Below are positions 47,206 through 60,421 of a stretch of 64,000 nt of DNA, piece after piece (positions within the stretch are counted from its first letter, which is position 1; every line of letters begins with the position of its first letter). Made by a program: the position numbers and the translations under genes. A model generated the notes under the pieces. It saw nothing but the letters and a program-made list of their open reading frames with translations, was not told the DNA's origin and made no database searches. This DNA comes from Takakia lepidozioides (Eukaryota > Plantae > Bryophyta): NCBI GenBank assembly GCA_030704615.1, contig CM060734.1, positions 9,672,001 through 9,736,000 on the forward strand, in the 5' to 3' direction.

Positions 47206-48837
47206 GATGTGGTTCAAGCTCATCTTTTGCTTGCATGTGCTTGAATGTGTGTGAAACACATGTGCAGAGATTCAACAGGAAAAAAAAACATTTGCCTCCC
47301 CAATGACGCACTCACCCTTGAACCAATTTTGAATTAAATCAAATTTAAATGAAATTTTAGTAGATAATTGGATTTAGAATGTCTATGATTGCGGATTTTT
47401 GCTAATCATATGCTATGATGTAGATGTGTCTTGAATCGCCCTATCTGATTCTAACAAAAAGCCCTCCAATCTTCACTTCATATTTTTAAAAATAGAAAAC
47501 AAACGACCGCCAATATGGCGGTTGCTTCAAATTTTTAAAATGAGAAAAAAAACGACCACCAATATGGCTTTATATTTATGAAATTAAAAATATAAGCGAC
47601 CACCAGTATGGCGGTCGTTTAATATTTTTTATATTAAAAAAAGGAGTGACCGTCAATTATGCGGTCACTTTATTTATTTTTATAAAAACTATGAAGCGAC
47701 CGCCAGTTTGGTGGTCGTTTTTTTTTATATATATTTCTAAAAGAAGCGACCTCCGCCGATGATGGTCGCTGGCATTTTCTAAAATACAAAATAGGTACGA
47801 CCGACCGACCGACCGACGCATGCTCAGGTGGGATGGTAGAGAGAAGCACAACATCCGATGATTTCGCTTTGTATAAAGCTTTGGCCTTATTTCAAAATCA
47901 ACATCAATCAAATATCAAATCATCAATTCATCAATTCATGAAATCATCAAATAAAAAATCACGGATGTGGTTCAAGCTCAACTTTTGCTTGCATGTGCTT
48001 GAATATGTGTGCAACATGCAGAGATTCAACACAAATTTTTATTTATTACATTTATTTAAAATAAATAAATAAATAAATAAACTCCCCAACGACGCACTCA
48101 TCCTTGAACCAATTTTGAATTAAATCAAATTTAGATGAAATTTTAGTAAATAATTGGATTTAGAATGTCTATGATTGCGGATTTTGCTAATCATATGATG
48201 TAGATGTGTTTTGAATTGCCCTAGATCTGATTCTGACAAGGAGCCATCCAATCTTCACTTCGGATTTTAAAAAATAGAAAACAAACGACCGCCAATATGG
48301 CGGTCGCTTCAAATTTTTTAAATGAGAGAAAAAGCGACTGCCAATATGGCTTTATATTTATGAAATTAAAAATACAAGGGACCGCCAGTATAGTGGTTGC
48401 TTAATATTTTTGAAATTAAAAAGAGAAGCGACCGTCAATTGTGCGGTCACTTTATTTTCTTTTTATAAAAACTATGAAGCGACTGCCAATTTGGCGGTCA
48501 CTTTATTTTATTTTTATTTGTAGAAGAAGCGACCCTGCCGATGATGGTCGCTGGTATTTTCTAAAATACAAAAAAGGTACGATCGACCGACCAATCGATC
48601 GATGCGCACATGCTCAGGTGGGATGGTAGCGAGAAGCATTACATCCGATGATTTCACTTTGTATAAAGCTTTGGCCTTATTTCAAAATCAACATCAAATT
48701 AAACATCAAATCATCAAATCATATCAAATCATCAATTCATCAACTCATCAAATAAAAAATCACGGATGTGGTTCAAGCTCAACTTTTGCCTGCATGTGCT
48801 TGAATATGTGTGCAACACATGTGCAGAGATTCAATAG

Positions 48838-48906
<69 letters not shown>

Positions 48907-49025
48907 AAAAACATTTATCTCCCCAACGACGCACTCACCCTTGAACCAATTTTCAGTTAATTCGAATTTAAATGAATTTTTAGTAAATAATTGGATTTGG
49001 AATGTCTATGATTGCGGATTTTTGC
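47206..49025. repeat. AT-rich ~760-800-bp tandem duplication (~2.3 copies) with internal GCGACCGCC/GGCGGTCGC hairpins
   Basis: GATGTGGTTCAAGCTC anchors at 47206, 47964 and 48765. The same hairpin motif occurs at 45240-45355, and further partial duplications at 49266-49450 and 49960-50060. Confidence 0.9.
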
Positions 49026-51550
49026 TACGTAATGATTTTATTTTTGGCTCAATTTTGTTCTGTGAATTCAACCCCCGTACCATTACATCCATACAAAAAA
49101 TTGGATCAAACAAAAATGAAAAAATAAATAAATAAAAATAAAATCTTCGCTCACTATTGCAGAACTCTCTAGGAAGAGTGCATGAATTTGAAGATAAATC
49201 AACTTTGGAACGCAAATGAGGGATGAAAATATGGTTTTGGGTCCAAATGGCTTTTGTTCACTTCAAAGAGAAGCACAACGACCGATGATTTCGCTTTGTA
49301 TAAAGATTTGACCTTATTTCAAAATCAACATCAAATCATCAAATCATCAATCATCTAATCATCTAATCAAATCATCAAATTATTTCTGGAGGAACAATCA
49401 ACACAACCAGCTTTGACATGAAACCCAATGCGTGTCTAATGAAATAATTAGCAAGCAATCCATCAACTCCACGAGTATACCACGATTTATTTTCTAATTT
49501 GAGTTCTACTCAAGGTAGAACTCAAGGGACTCGAGAGCTCTATTTGGCGGATGAAATATGATATGAAGGAGCCTCAGGAGTTCCTGAAATGTGCCATTGG
49601 GATGCACCTCGACAGCTACAAGGTGCAAGCCCAGGTGGTGGGGTCATCCAGATTACCCTTATTTCGAACCCAGTGAACATGGGACGTTCATGCAAACCAA
49701 GAGGCGAGGGTCACTGGAGCCACGGTGTTGTTGGAGATATGACGGCAGCCAAGCTACATTGTACAATTGACCGGGCCGAGTATATTTCAAATGATGGAAT
49801 CCGTTTGAACAGTGTTAAAATGATTGCGAGTTCGCAAGCATTGAAAACTCGTCCCCGCTCACAATGCTTCGCCTTCTGCATTTTCGTTGCCCGGACATTG
49901 CCCTACAAATTGTCGGTGTTCTTCTGGCTGCAAATGATGCTTGCAACCCCCACAATCATCAAATCATCAAATCAAATCATCAAATTGTTTCTGGAGGAAC
50001 AATCAACACAACCAGCTTTGGCATGAAACCCAATGCGTGTTTGATGAAACGATTAGCAAATTCAGTAGTTGCTCTGCTCCCTGTTCTACTTGTACAACAC
50101 ATTAATTCACTCACCAAGAAGCCGCCCGTGTAGGTCTTGGTCATGATGAGAATAACACTTCGGTTACTGGTTTTATGTACACGTGCAGCCTCAAGAGCCT
50201 TCACAGTGTTACCTGCTGGAACCTTTGGAGATACTTATGTCCTTGATGGTGGTAGCAGAACTCTAGGAACCTGGTCTATGAGAACCAATTCATGACTGAA
50301 TAACCAAATTTTGAAAATAAAGTTGGAATTCTGGCAATAAGACTTGGGGTCTTGGTACTGGTAATTCAAGCCTCTAATGTTGGCAAGTTTTGCTTATAGA
50401 CACTATCTTTAAAATCTTCTTAAGAAGAACGCCTCTAGTGCAACACTGCTAACTTGGTTGCCAAGAAACCTGCAACACATAAGGATAATGGTGGATTTGA
50501 CAGAATTAATGAATTGGTGACAGTTTGATTTTCATCAACTTCCAGGCTGACCTCAGAATGGTGCTCAGGTTGCTTCAATCCTCTGCTGCTCCCAAAATCA
50601 GCTCCAATGTCAATGAGGTCCTCTATCTCAGCACTTCGTCTCTTGGATTCTGGACTCAAACACCTTTGAGGGTTGAAAATTGCTGTGGGGTCAGTGAATC
50701 CTGCTCAGTATGACGAGCCAGAAGTTGGAAAGTTAAATTCTCAACAAGGGAGGCGCTTATTTCACACATGCCGCGACCCCATAGGCAAGTAAGGGTCAAA
50801 GGGAAAAAAAAACGAGGGCGCGGGCCCCAGTCCATTGCATCTGGTTGGCATCCCATACTAGCTACTTCCAAATGTTTCATTCCTAAGTTTGGAGCTTTTC
50901 TTCTGGCGGGAAATAGGTCTGTTCAAACTGACCCAGCCCGCGCACTGCTCTCAGGCCACGTGGCATAGGACTGCATCGTATGTTGGGTCCCGGGGACGTA
51001 ACCTACTGAGATGGGGCACGTGGTGGGTTCTAACCTAACACACTCATGAGCGAGGGAGCCTGCCTATCCGATGTGTGTGTTGGTGTGTGTGTGTGTGGTT
51101 GTCATTCTGATGCGGCGGGAAGAGGTGCCATCCCAGGGATTTGCTTGGTCACCATATTGTTCCCTGCTGTTTCAAGGCTGGAATTCCCGGCATGAGGATT
51201 GGGAAGGAGTGGCAAGATTTTATGTAGGCCATTGCTGTTTGTACATGCTGGGATTAGATATAGGCAGTTGCACACTCTGTTGTATGTTGTTCTCCGTACT
51301 TTGAATTCATGGTGTCCCGGAGCTTTGTAGTGTGGTCCATATCTAGAGAGTTGCTGTAAGGGAAAGGACGCGGGATTTAAGATAGGGACCTTCACCCTTT
51401 CCCTGGCGTTCCCAAGTAGAATTCTCAGCGTGAAAGGGTCGCTGTGATGGAGAGAAAGATGCGGGATTGAATTTGAGCGCCTGACTCAGTCCTTCCCCGT
51501 GCTCAGAAGTTTGCAACATCGGCTTTTTGAGGCTTAGAAATCCGTTTAAA

Positions 51551-54500
51551 ATGGCAGATTTGCCATGTGATATAGAAGGACGGTGTATGGTTTGCAACAA
51601 TGTGCCACCCGACTGTGATGTGTTGCTTTGCAGCAGTTGCAGTAGCCCGTGGCATTTGCAATGCCTGAATCCTCCTCTTTCTAGCGTGCCTTTGCGGGAC
51701 TGGTCTTGCCCAGATTGTTCTCTTCCGCCTTCCTCCTCCCAGTCCGCTGGAGTGGCTGCCAAACCTCCACAGACGTCGGAGAACGATGTGGTGAGTAGGA
51801 TTCGAGCTATTCAAGCGAATGCGAGTCTCAACGAGCAGGAAAAAGCAAAAAGACGACAAGAGATCATAAGCAAGAGTTCAAATGATGGGGCTGCAGTGAA
51901 GACAGGAACCATGCAAGGGGGAACAAAGAACGGTGACAGGAGGATGCGAAATACGACATTAGAAATATTAGACCAGAATCTCAATTGCATTTTCTGCATG
52001 CAGCTTGCTGACAGGCCTGTCACAGTAAGCACTTTCTATATTTGTGTATAGTGCACCTGTCGCCTGTCTGTTTAGCTCTAATTATCTGCTTTGTTTTCTC
52101 AAGCCCCCCTTCCGAACTTTTAAAGGCCGTTTCTTGTTTCTTCTTTGGGGTTTCCAATTTCGTCATGCTGTTGTGTCTTGCATTAGTATTTGTAAGTGTG
52201 CGCATTTGTCCCCCATCTCAGCAGCATCGTTTTTGACAGTCAACAATCACATCCTCCACAGCTGCTCTTTGGATGTAACCACTATGCCTGTGTATGGACA
52301 GGATTGTGATTGTGAACTTTGGAGTGGATTTTAGAAGAGGTTGTTCCTACTTGTCATGTTTCAAATTAGCACTCTTCCCCAACTCTGATTGGGCGGGGTT
52401 GCATAATTCGGGGCGACACATCCAGGAATCCTCAAGCAAGACAGTCCATTTTGGATTTCTGAAGGGAGGGAGGCTCCTATTGAATTCATATGGATAGCTA
52501 TTTTTTTAACTAGACATGTCATATAGCAAGGATTTGTGAGTTTTGTTCTGGAGTTGTAGCCTAATAGCCAAAAGGTTGTCTTGCTAGAGCTTCAGAGGAG
52601 CAGTCTACTCAGAGTGAGTTAGTGACCAAGTAAGTTACTGGGTGCTGTGGACAATGTAAAAGAGAATGCGACTCCAGAAGCAAAGCTTTGGCACACCGGA
52701 GAGCAGAGGTTTGATAGTGTGATTGGTGGATGCAGACACCATGTGGTCACAACTTCTGCCTTAAATGCTTTCAAAGGTGGGTGGGACAAGGCAAGAAAAC
52801 CTGTGGAAAGTGTCGGGCTGCAATACCTGCTAAGATGGGCAGCCAACCACGCATTAATTCAGCTCTTGTGATGGCAATCCGCATGGCTAAAGTAGCAGGA
52901 GGGAGTGCAGGCCCTCCAAAACCTCACCAGCATCGTGACAATGAGAGCAGGCCTGATAAAGCCTTCACCACTGATCGAGCAGTGAAGACTGGTAAAGCCA
53001 ATGCTTGCAGTGGTCGCATCTTTGTCACTGTTGTTCCGGATCACTTTGGGCCCATACTGGCGGAAAGTGATCCTTTGCGAGGCCAAGGGGTTTTGGTGGG
53101 AGAGAGCTGGGAGGATCGCATGGAATGTCGACAATGGGGTGCCCATCTGCCACATGTGGCTGGCATTGCCGGCCAATCGGAACACGGAGCACAATCAGTT
53201 GCTCTTTCTGGGGGCTATGAGGATGATGAAGACCATGGCGAGTGGTTCCTCTACACTGGCAGGTGTGGCACCCTTCATTGGAACACAATCATATATATAT
53301 ATATATATATATATTCATTGTCCTGACAAGTTAGTGGGGGTAACAAGGATAATTGAAATGGTGGATGGACTGATTTGGATGGACTGATTCTATGAAACTT
53401 CTTCCAGCTTACAGATATGGTATTTTCCATACGGTATGCCCACCAATCAGGACTCATGTAAATTTTCCAAGAAAATCTGACTAAAAGAATTACAAATAGC
53501 TTTATGGAGTCTGCAGATGGAGGTCGGAAATGTTTGAATGTAGTTGTTTAGCTGTGGAGCTATTATTTGGCTGTTGTCCGTTGTATGCACATGAACTCAG
53601 GCACTCTTAGTGGCCATTGTAGTCCACAGGTGTGTACATGCATTTCTGAACTGTCCTTGGTTCTGAAAATCTGGTGTGGCCCTGCCTAATGACACTGCAT
53701 TTGCCAGGTGGAAGGTACCATATTCCCTTGTTGCTTAAGTAGACCTACTTAATGGTTGCTTGTACCGGCTCTTGTTGCAGTGGTGGGAGAGACCTCAGTG
53801 GGAATAGGCGAACAAACAAAGAGCAATCTTTTGATCAAAAGTTTGACAAAATGAATGAGGCCCTGCGAGTCAGCTGTAGGCAGGGCTATCCTGTGCGTGT
53901 TGTCAGGTAATGTTCACTGATCCATATGATTTGATTTTTTCACCCTGCTCCAACCGCTTTTCCCATTTGTGGGCCCCTTCAACCCATCTATCATGATATT
54001 TTTGCTCATTTTGGAATGTTAAGGTGAAGTGGGTTTACATTGGTACTAAGCAACTTGCCAGACAGCAATGTAGAGGGCATCTATTGTGAACTGGGTTAGG
54101 CAACTGGCTCAAAGGTTATGTGCCTTCTGGCATGCAACATCACTGTGTTGTAGGGAACAAAATTCCTAATCTAGCTGTTTCTTATTAGGAATGTCTTCCT
54201 ACCATTATGTGCGTACATCTAGCTAAAGTAATCTTAGTTCAAATTGATAGTATTATGTAGATCATGTTGGCATTTGCTTCTCAGTTTGAACTCGAAATGA
54301 CACGTATTTCTTTGACATAGAGTTGGGCATGTCAGTTGGGTGTGTGAAGAGCAAGATGACCTGTTTGGCCTTGACTACCTATCAGGCAGGATGTCATGTT
54401 AAACACTCTCTGGAGCCCTCCTTGATGCTCATCAAATGCCACAGGTCACACAAGGAAAAACGCTCCTCATATGCCCCAGAGGCAGGTGTCCGGTATGATG

Positions 54501-57254
54501 GGGTGTATAGGATTGAGAAGTGTTGGCGCAAGAAAGGCATTCAGGTAACAAACTACGTGAACACTTGCTTACACAGCCTTGTCATGCCAAATCTCTGATT
54601 CTCTCAACATGTTTTGGTTCACTTTACTTTTTCTTACTTTACAATTTTTTACTTCGAGTTCCTTCTCAATAGTCATGGCACTGAAGTAAGCTCCTCCTTG
54701 GCTTGAGATGATGCAGGGGTATCAAGTTTGTCGCTATCTCTTTGTGCGCTGTGACAATGAACCTGCCCCTTGGACCAGGTGTGTGCTGTGCCACTGATTG
54801 GTCTGGTTTCAAACTGTTCTCAGTGATGTGAAATGCCCAGCAGTTCAACACCTAGTGTTTTGACAACAATCAGTGAGAACTGCAGGGCTTGCTTGTTGTA
54901 TCTCCTTGTTGTGTCGAGTACAAGGCTTCATTTTATGGTTCATTCAAAGGTTTTTGTGCAAGGATCATGGATCTGAGCCCCTACAAGTGTGCCCAACATA
55001 ATTTGGTTCTTGGTCAGTTCAAAAAATGCACTTTCTGTAATGCTTCAATCTCCCAACTGCAATGGCCAAATTAGTTGATTGTTTACTTGTGAAAAGTCCA
55101 TAGTAAGCTGTCATCTGATATGGTTCAGATGTATGAATCAATGCCAAATCCAAAACTGCAGTAGTTTTCCAGTCCAGACCTGCCTTCTAGTGGTTAAGAA
55201 AACAGATATCTGCGAGCAGCTCCTGTTGGCAAGGGAGAGCAAAATAATAGGGGATACTGGGTCTCATGTGAAAGGTGAAAGTGATCAGGTACGAAACAAG
55301 GTGGTAATAATTAGTATATTTCAAAATTTGCTGTTAGTGTAGAGATACACAGCTCTGAGACCTGATGTACAAGAGAGAAAATGACTTAACAAGAGGGAAA
55401 AAAGTTGAAGTCTGATTGTTGTCCTGTGAAATGATGTGTGGACTCTGAAAATAAGCTGAGCTACTTGGCATTTTGCAGTAGATGTTGCAGCAGTGCAGAC
55501 ATCATGAATGTACTCATAAGCGTTTGCTGTAGCCTTGTGGCAGTTTGGGAGGAACAAAAGGGCAGTAGTGTAGACATCATGGTGCGACGGTTAGAAGAAA
55601 CATAGTCTTCAGGCTGCGGCTTGTAGTGCGAGCAGTTGTTGTGGTTGTCTGTGCAGTGATGAGCAGGGAGACCGGCCTAGACCTCTTCCACATATAGAAG
55701 AGCTGAACTCAGCAGCTGACATTTTTGACAGAAAGATACAGCCAGCATGGGACTGGAAGGTACTGGAATATAATTTAATGGAACTATTATTCAGTTCTAT
55801 GAAATATTAAAATAAATTTGTATTGACTTGTGATGTGGACATTTGTAAATCTCTTTCCTGATGCATGTGCTATGTCACCTTTCTAGATGTAAGCATTCTT
55901 TATGAATTGTTTGTGGAATGAATGATCTAGATTTATCTGTATGTAAAGCTATGTGCACAAGAAGTCAATGTAAGTCAGTGTTGTCACTGTGTAAAGGAGA
56001 GGGGAGAATGGGGATGGACACGTGATGCACCGGCAAGCAGGAAGGTCGGGGGAGGTGTCAGTGACTCAACTCACAAACGCAAGCATCTCTCTATTCAACA
56101 ACGCCTGCTCAAAGGTGACATGCTATCCTTGCACCCATGACTATTTTCTAGTTGAGGTTGGCAATGGTGTTTAACTGGGGACAGGATCTGCAGAGTTTGG
56201 GTGCAGTGTTTGTCGCAAGGTGCTACAGCAGCCACTTTCCATGCCATGTGGCCACAACTTCTGTAAGCCTTGTTTGGACTCTGTGTTTGCTGGCCAGCTA
56301 GCCACGCGTGAGCGCACAGGCGTTGCTGGCCGTTCCCTACGCACCCAGAAAGTGATGAAGCACTGCCCCACCTGCAAGGCAGATATCACTGACTTTCTGA
56401 TATCTCCTCAGGTAACATGCATTACCTGCCTTTGTTGGTGCAGTGATGCATGGTGCTCTTCTTTTGTCACACTCTGACTCAGTGATATATTAGGGCCTCC
56501 ACTCCTATATCGGCACAATCCCATCACTCAAAACCTTACTAATACTTTCGGACCCATTCAGGAATGTCCAGTTTGCTTGTAAGGGATTTGAATTCCTTTA
56601 CTTTTCTGATTCCTTTCACTTTTCAGTAGTCATTAGTCGACGCACTCTTTGGAATTCCGAGCGCTTCAGCACTTTTGGTGCTGAATTGATCATAGTTGGT
56701 TGTTACAGAGCATACCAATGAAACCTTCTAGGTTGTGGCCAGTCAACCTTTGGTAGGGAGGGCCAAGGCCCAAAGCAAGACAAGCAGGAAAAAAAAAAGA
56801 TATTTGGAACTGTGGGGCACTACCAAGCACCAAGCTGAATTGTGATTGTGTTTCATACCAGATAAATCGGCAGATGCAGGAGGTTATCCTGTCACTTCAA
56901 AGTGGTGCTGCCTCTGAACCTGTGAGTGTACCACATGAGAATGGGGAGAAGGCATTGGACAGCAAAACAGGCAAGCCTGCAAGCATTACTATGCCCAAGG
57001 ATGTGGAAACTGCTGACTCTGCTCAGAAAGCAGCCACACCAGCACTTGTAAAAGAAAAATCTGAGAAAGTGCGGGATCTTGAGCCAAATGGTGCTCCTCA
57101 TAAAAGAAGAGTGCAGATCAATGGTACTGCTTTGACTCCAAGGGTCTCACGGAGCCGCCTCTGCAAGCAAAGCAGGGTTGGTGGAATATCAAGTCAACTT
57201 CAGCTGTATTCCTCAAGTGCAGTAATTGTCAGTTCTGATAGTGATTTTGAGTAG
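51551..57254 (+). CDS. ORTH/VIM: ORTHRUS/VIM (UHRF1-like) PHD-RING-SRA-RING E3 ubiquitin ligase and methylcytosine reader, 9 exons
   Basis: GT-AG exons 51551-52024, 52736-53262, 53781-53906, 54445-54544, 54717-54778, 55657-55759, 55997-56114, 56194-56411, 56862-57254. [68 protein letters not shown]...VRYDGVYRI, and a second RING PCGHNFC. Confidence 0.96.
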
Positions 57255-58429
57255 GCATGCAGAGTCTTTTCTGTGAGTAATCAAGTCAACTGGAATTGTC
57301 CTTGGGTTTGGCAGCCAATCAGATTGAAGGAGCCCGGATGAAATCACTTTTCCCAGTTTTGCTATTGATGTTAAACTGGAATGGTCAGAACATCACACCA
57401 GTCTGTCACTGTTGTCCCTCAAGAAATATTAAAGTTGCTATTGACATCTACAGGATGAGGCAAATTTCTCCCTATATATCTGTTAAATTTATGGAAAGAG
57501 TGTGACTTGTAATTGATAATGAAGAAGATACAATAATGAGTGTGTGTACACTTTAAGACGTAAACAGTTATGACTATTGTTGATACACCCAATAGGTTTG
57601 AGTCACAGATCACAACTCTTAGACAAAGAGTGGTGTATTTTCAGGATTCACCATATGAATTGTTGAATGTTAGAGTTTACTTCCAAAACCCTCGGACCTT
57701 CCCTCAATCAAGAGGCAGTTTTGTTCAACAATGTTATTAAAGTATATTCATATTATTTATTTATTTATTTGCCAACAGGGGGATTAAGCCCTGATAAATT
57801 TTATTATAAAATATTTTTGGGGGGACAGAGCCCTTACACATTATTTGGGATTATTTTGGGGAAAAACTTAAAACCCCTTAAATGCCATAAGGCGCACACA
57901 TCGTATTTAATGATTAGAGAACTTGACTGGAGAACAATTCTTTTGAACCTCAAAGAAGACAACTGCGACGACATACAGAATCATGCGACCTATCCATTAA
58001 TACTAGAGGCAAGTCATAAGTAGGCAAGTCCGACCAAGAAGTGCCCTGGGAATTAGCAACAATCCAATCTCCCCGGGTTATTAGTTTCAACGGTAATTGA
58101 GCCTAGATGATGTCGCTGAGGACTTAATGTGTTTCCAGTTAACCTCACGGTCGAACTCCGGGGATGTTGTGATCATTCTCCCCTCACTTCTTCTCCACAC
58201 AGCTTCTGTGTGCGTGACATTTCATTATTCCACGACACGTAGTCACGTGGAAAAAAGAAGCCATTGGTTGGGTGGGGGGGTAATTTTTGCCGCGATTTCT
58301 GTGAGGTCGTTACAGAATGCTCCCATAGGCCTTACTCTGGCTTCCATGATCATTTTATTCTACAAAATTAGCTTTTAGGAACTATTCTGACACCTACTCA
58401 AACTCGTTTATGGTGAACGGTTCAGAGTT

Positions 58430-59802
58430 ACGTCTTATTAGTAAACCTCATTTCGTGTTGCTCTGATTGTTGCAGAATGACAGAAGGCTAGGACGATGAG
58501 CGTCATGGAAGAGATGACCCCAATGAACATGGACCGCCCCTAAGAAAATCAAAGGGTCAAAGCAAGACTTGAATTGGGAAGTATATGGTGACCCCAGCAT
58601 ACTAGCAGAAAGAGGGCCGGGAGGATGTTCCGGAAGAGTTCAGGTGGCCAATGGCGAGATGCAAAAAATTCGTGAAGTGGTATCACATCAATCGATTGTG
58701 TCCTTTGGATAGGCATGACGTGCAAACCCGAAACAATTCCGCAGAGTCCAGGTCTTGCACGAACTTGCATTTACAACGTAGGGCGAATGAGGTGCATTGC
58801 ACATTGTGGGGTCAACCTCTCTTAAAGGGCCAAATCCCGTACACCTTGGCAGTCATGTTGTACGTGGAGGTCATTCTCTTGCGTCCAGTGAATTGGCAAA
58901 CTGTTAGTAGGAGGAATGCAAGGATGCTATACGATTTGGAGTACATCCCGGACACGTTTCGAATACAACCGGCTGCAACGTTAGAGGAACAACTGGCGGA
59001 AAGATACCAGCGAATCAGGATCCTGCATGACCGACTAGACTTGCAAACACTACGCATAGCCGAGTTGGAAGCTAGATTGCAAGACATGCCTCCAAACAAT
59101 GAAGGCACTGTTGTCCACAATGAGGATCGAACAAACGTCGTGGATATGGACACGGAGTTTGCGATGCCCGATCGCAGTATTGACCTCATCATTCACGAAA
59201 TTAATAAAAATAAAAATAAAAATAAAAATATTAGACGCCGCATCGTACCGCTTTGTGCCACGTGGCATAATGTATTTTATAATAATGAAAAAAAAAACTA
59301 CGTGGCAGCCCATCTAAGGTGTCGCGTGCTATCGCTAGCTCGTGTTCTAACCCTAAGGCCACCTTATCCATTTGATTGTATTTAGAGAAGTTTGAACCTC
59401 CAACCTCTTTATTATAAGATTTATAATTCACTACCTGCTAACCAATACACCCATTAGTCATTCATGTGATCATGTGGTGTTTTAATTGTATTATACACAC
59501 CAAATTATAAAACCCCTAGTAGTCATCATGACTATGTAACCTCATCCATGTACACTGTAGTCATGGAAATGACTATAGTGGTGAGCTAAATCTGGTCAAT
59601 TACCGTTGACCAGCCTTCCGCCTATTTCGGAGCCATGTAGTCATACAGACGACTACGTAGATAGTCGTTTATATGACTACAGTCGTATGAACGACTGCGG
59701 GAGATCAATTTCATATAAAAACATGGTGCAGTCATGATCAAAGTCAAGAAAACCATGACTATGACGGTTTGGCAGTCATAATTACCGCGATCTGTTGTAG
59801 TG
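58430..59802 (+). mobile_element. Truncated CACTA element end with an accessory ORF remnant (58651-59200)
   Basis: Terminus ...CCGCGATCTGTTGTAGTG at 59785-59802 (reverse complement CACTACAACAG), with subterminal GACTA/TAGTC inverted repeats at 59515-59780. The ORF has LYVEVILLRPVNW plus a coiled coil. No matching left TIR was found. Confidence 0.7.
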
Positions 59803-60421
59803 AGACTTCATACATCTTCGTTACTAATCACGTGCTGTGAGTTTCTTTTTTTCTTCACCGAGTGAAGAACCACAGGTGCAGGAATGGGAACAATGGGTTG
59901 GCTAATATATGCACTCTTGTTCAATGCACACTGTCGATCATCATTTTTTTTTTTTTATCAAAGAATAAATCTGTGTCTGCTCAAACATATCTCGAGAAAA
60001 AATAAATGCTTGTTGTATCAAGCATTCTACAGTATACTGATGCTCCTTGCATGGAGCACAGCGACTTCCCGCACGGGGATTCTAACCTTAAACCCTTTGT
60101 CATTTTCACCTTACCCGGCTGCAGCATTCATCGTAGAGAGATAAAAGTCAGAAGCAGTGAGGGGGTAAAAGGTGAGTTGTAGAGCAGTGGTTGCTGTTCC
60201 CTCACATGAGTAAAGGCGTCAGGCACAGGAAAACCCAGAAGGGCCTGTGACCTCTTTCGATAGAATGATAGATTATTCCAGAGTATGGACCTCTGAGGTT
60301 CAGAATGGATCTAATCGTTTCTTAGGTCAAGAATTTCATCATGAGCTCTGCGAAATCCATGAGAGGTCCCTGCGAGTCATGAACCAAGTTAGATTGTAGT
60401 TAGAAATGGTGTGTCTATTTC

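Noticed and set aside
51551-57254. Functional link between ORTH/VIM and the TE-borne methyltransferase
   Set aside because: They are ~50 kb apart with unrelated genes between them, and VIM is an ordinary conserved 5mC reader. Proximity alone is not evidence.
5106-59802. The two CACTA termini as ends of one giant element
   Set aside because: Both are right-hand ends in the same orientation, with different TIR and subterminal sequences.
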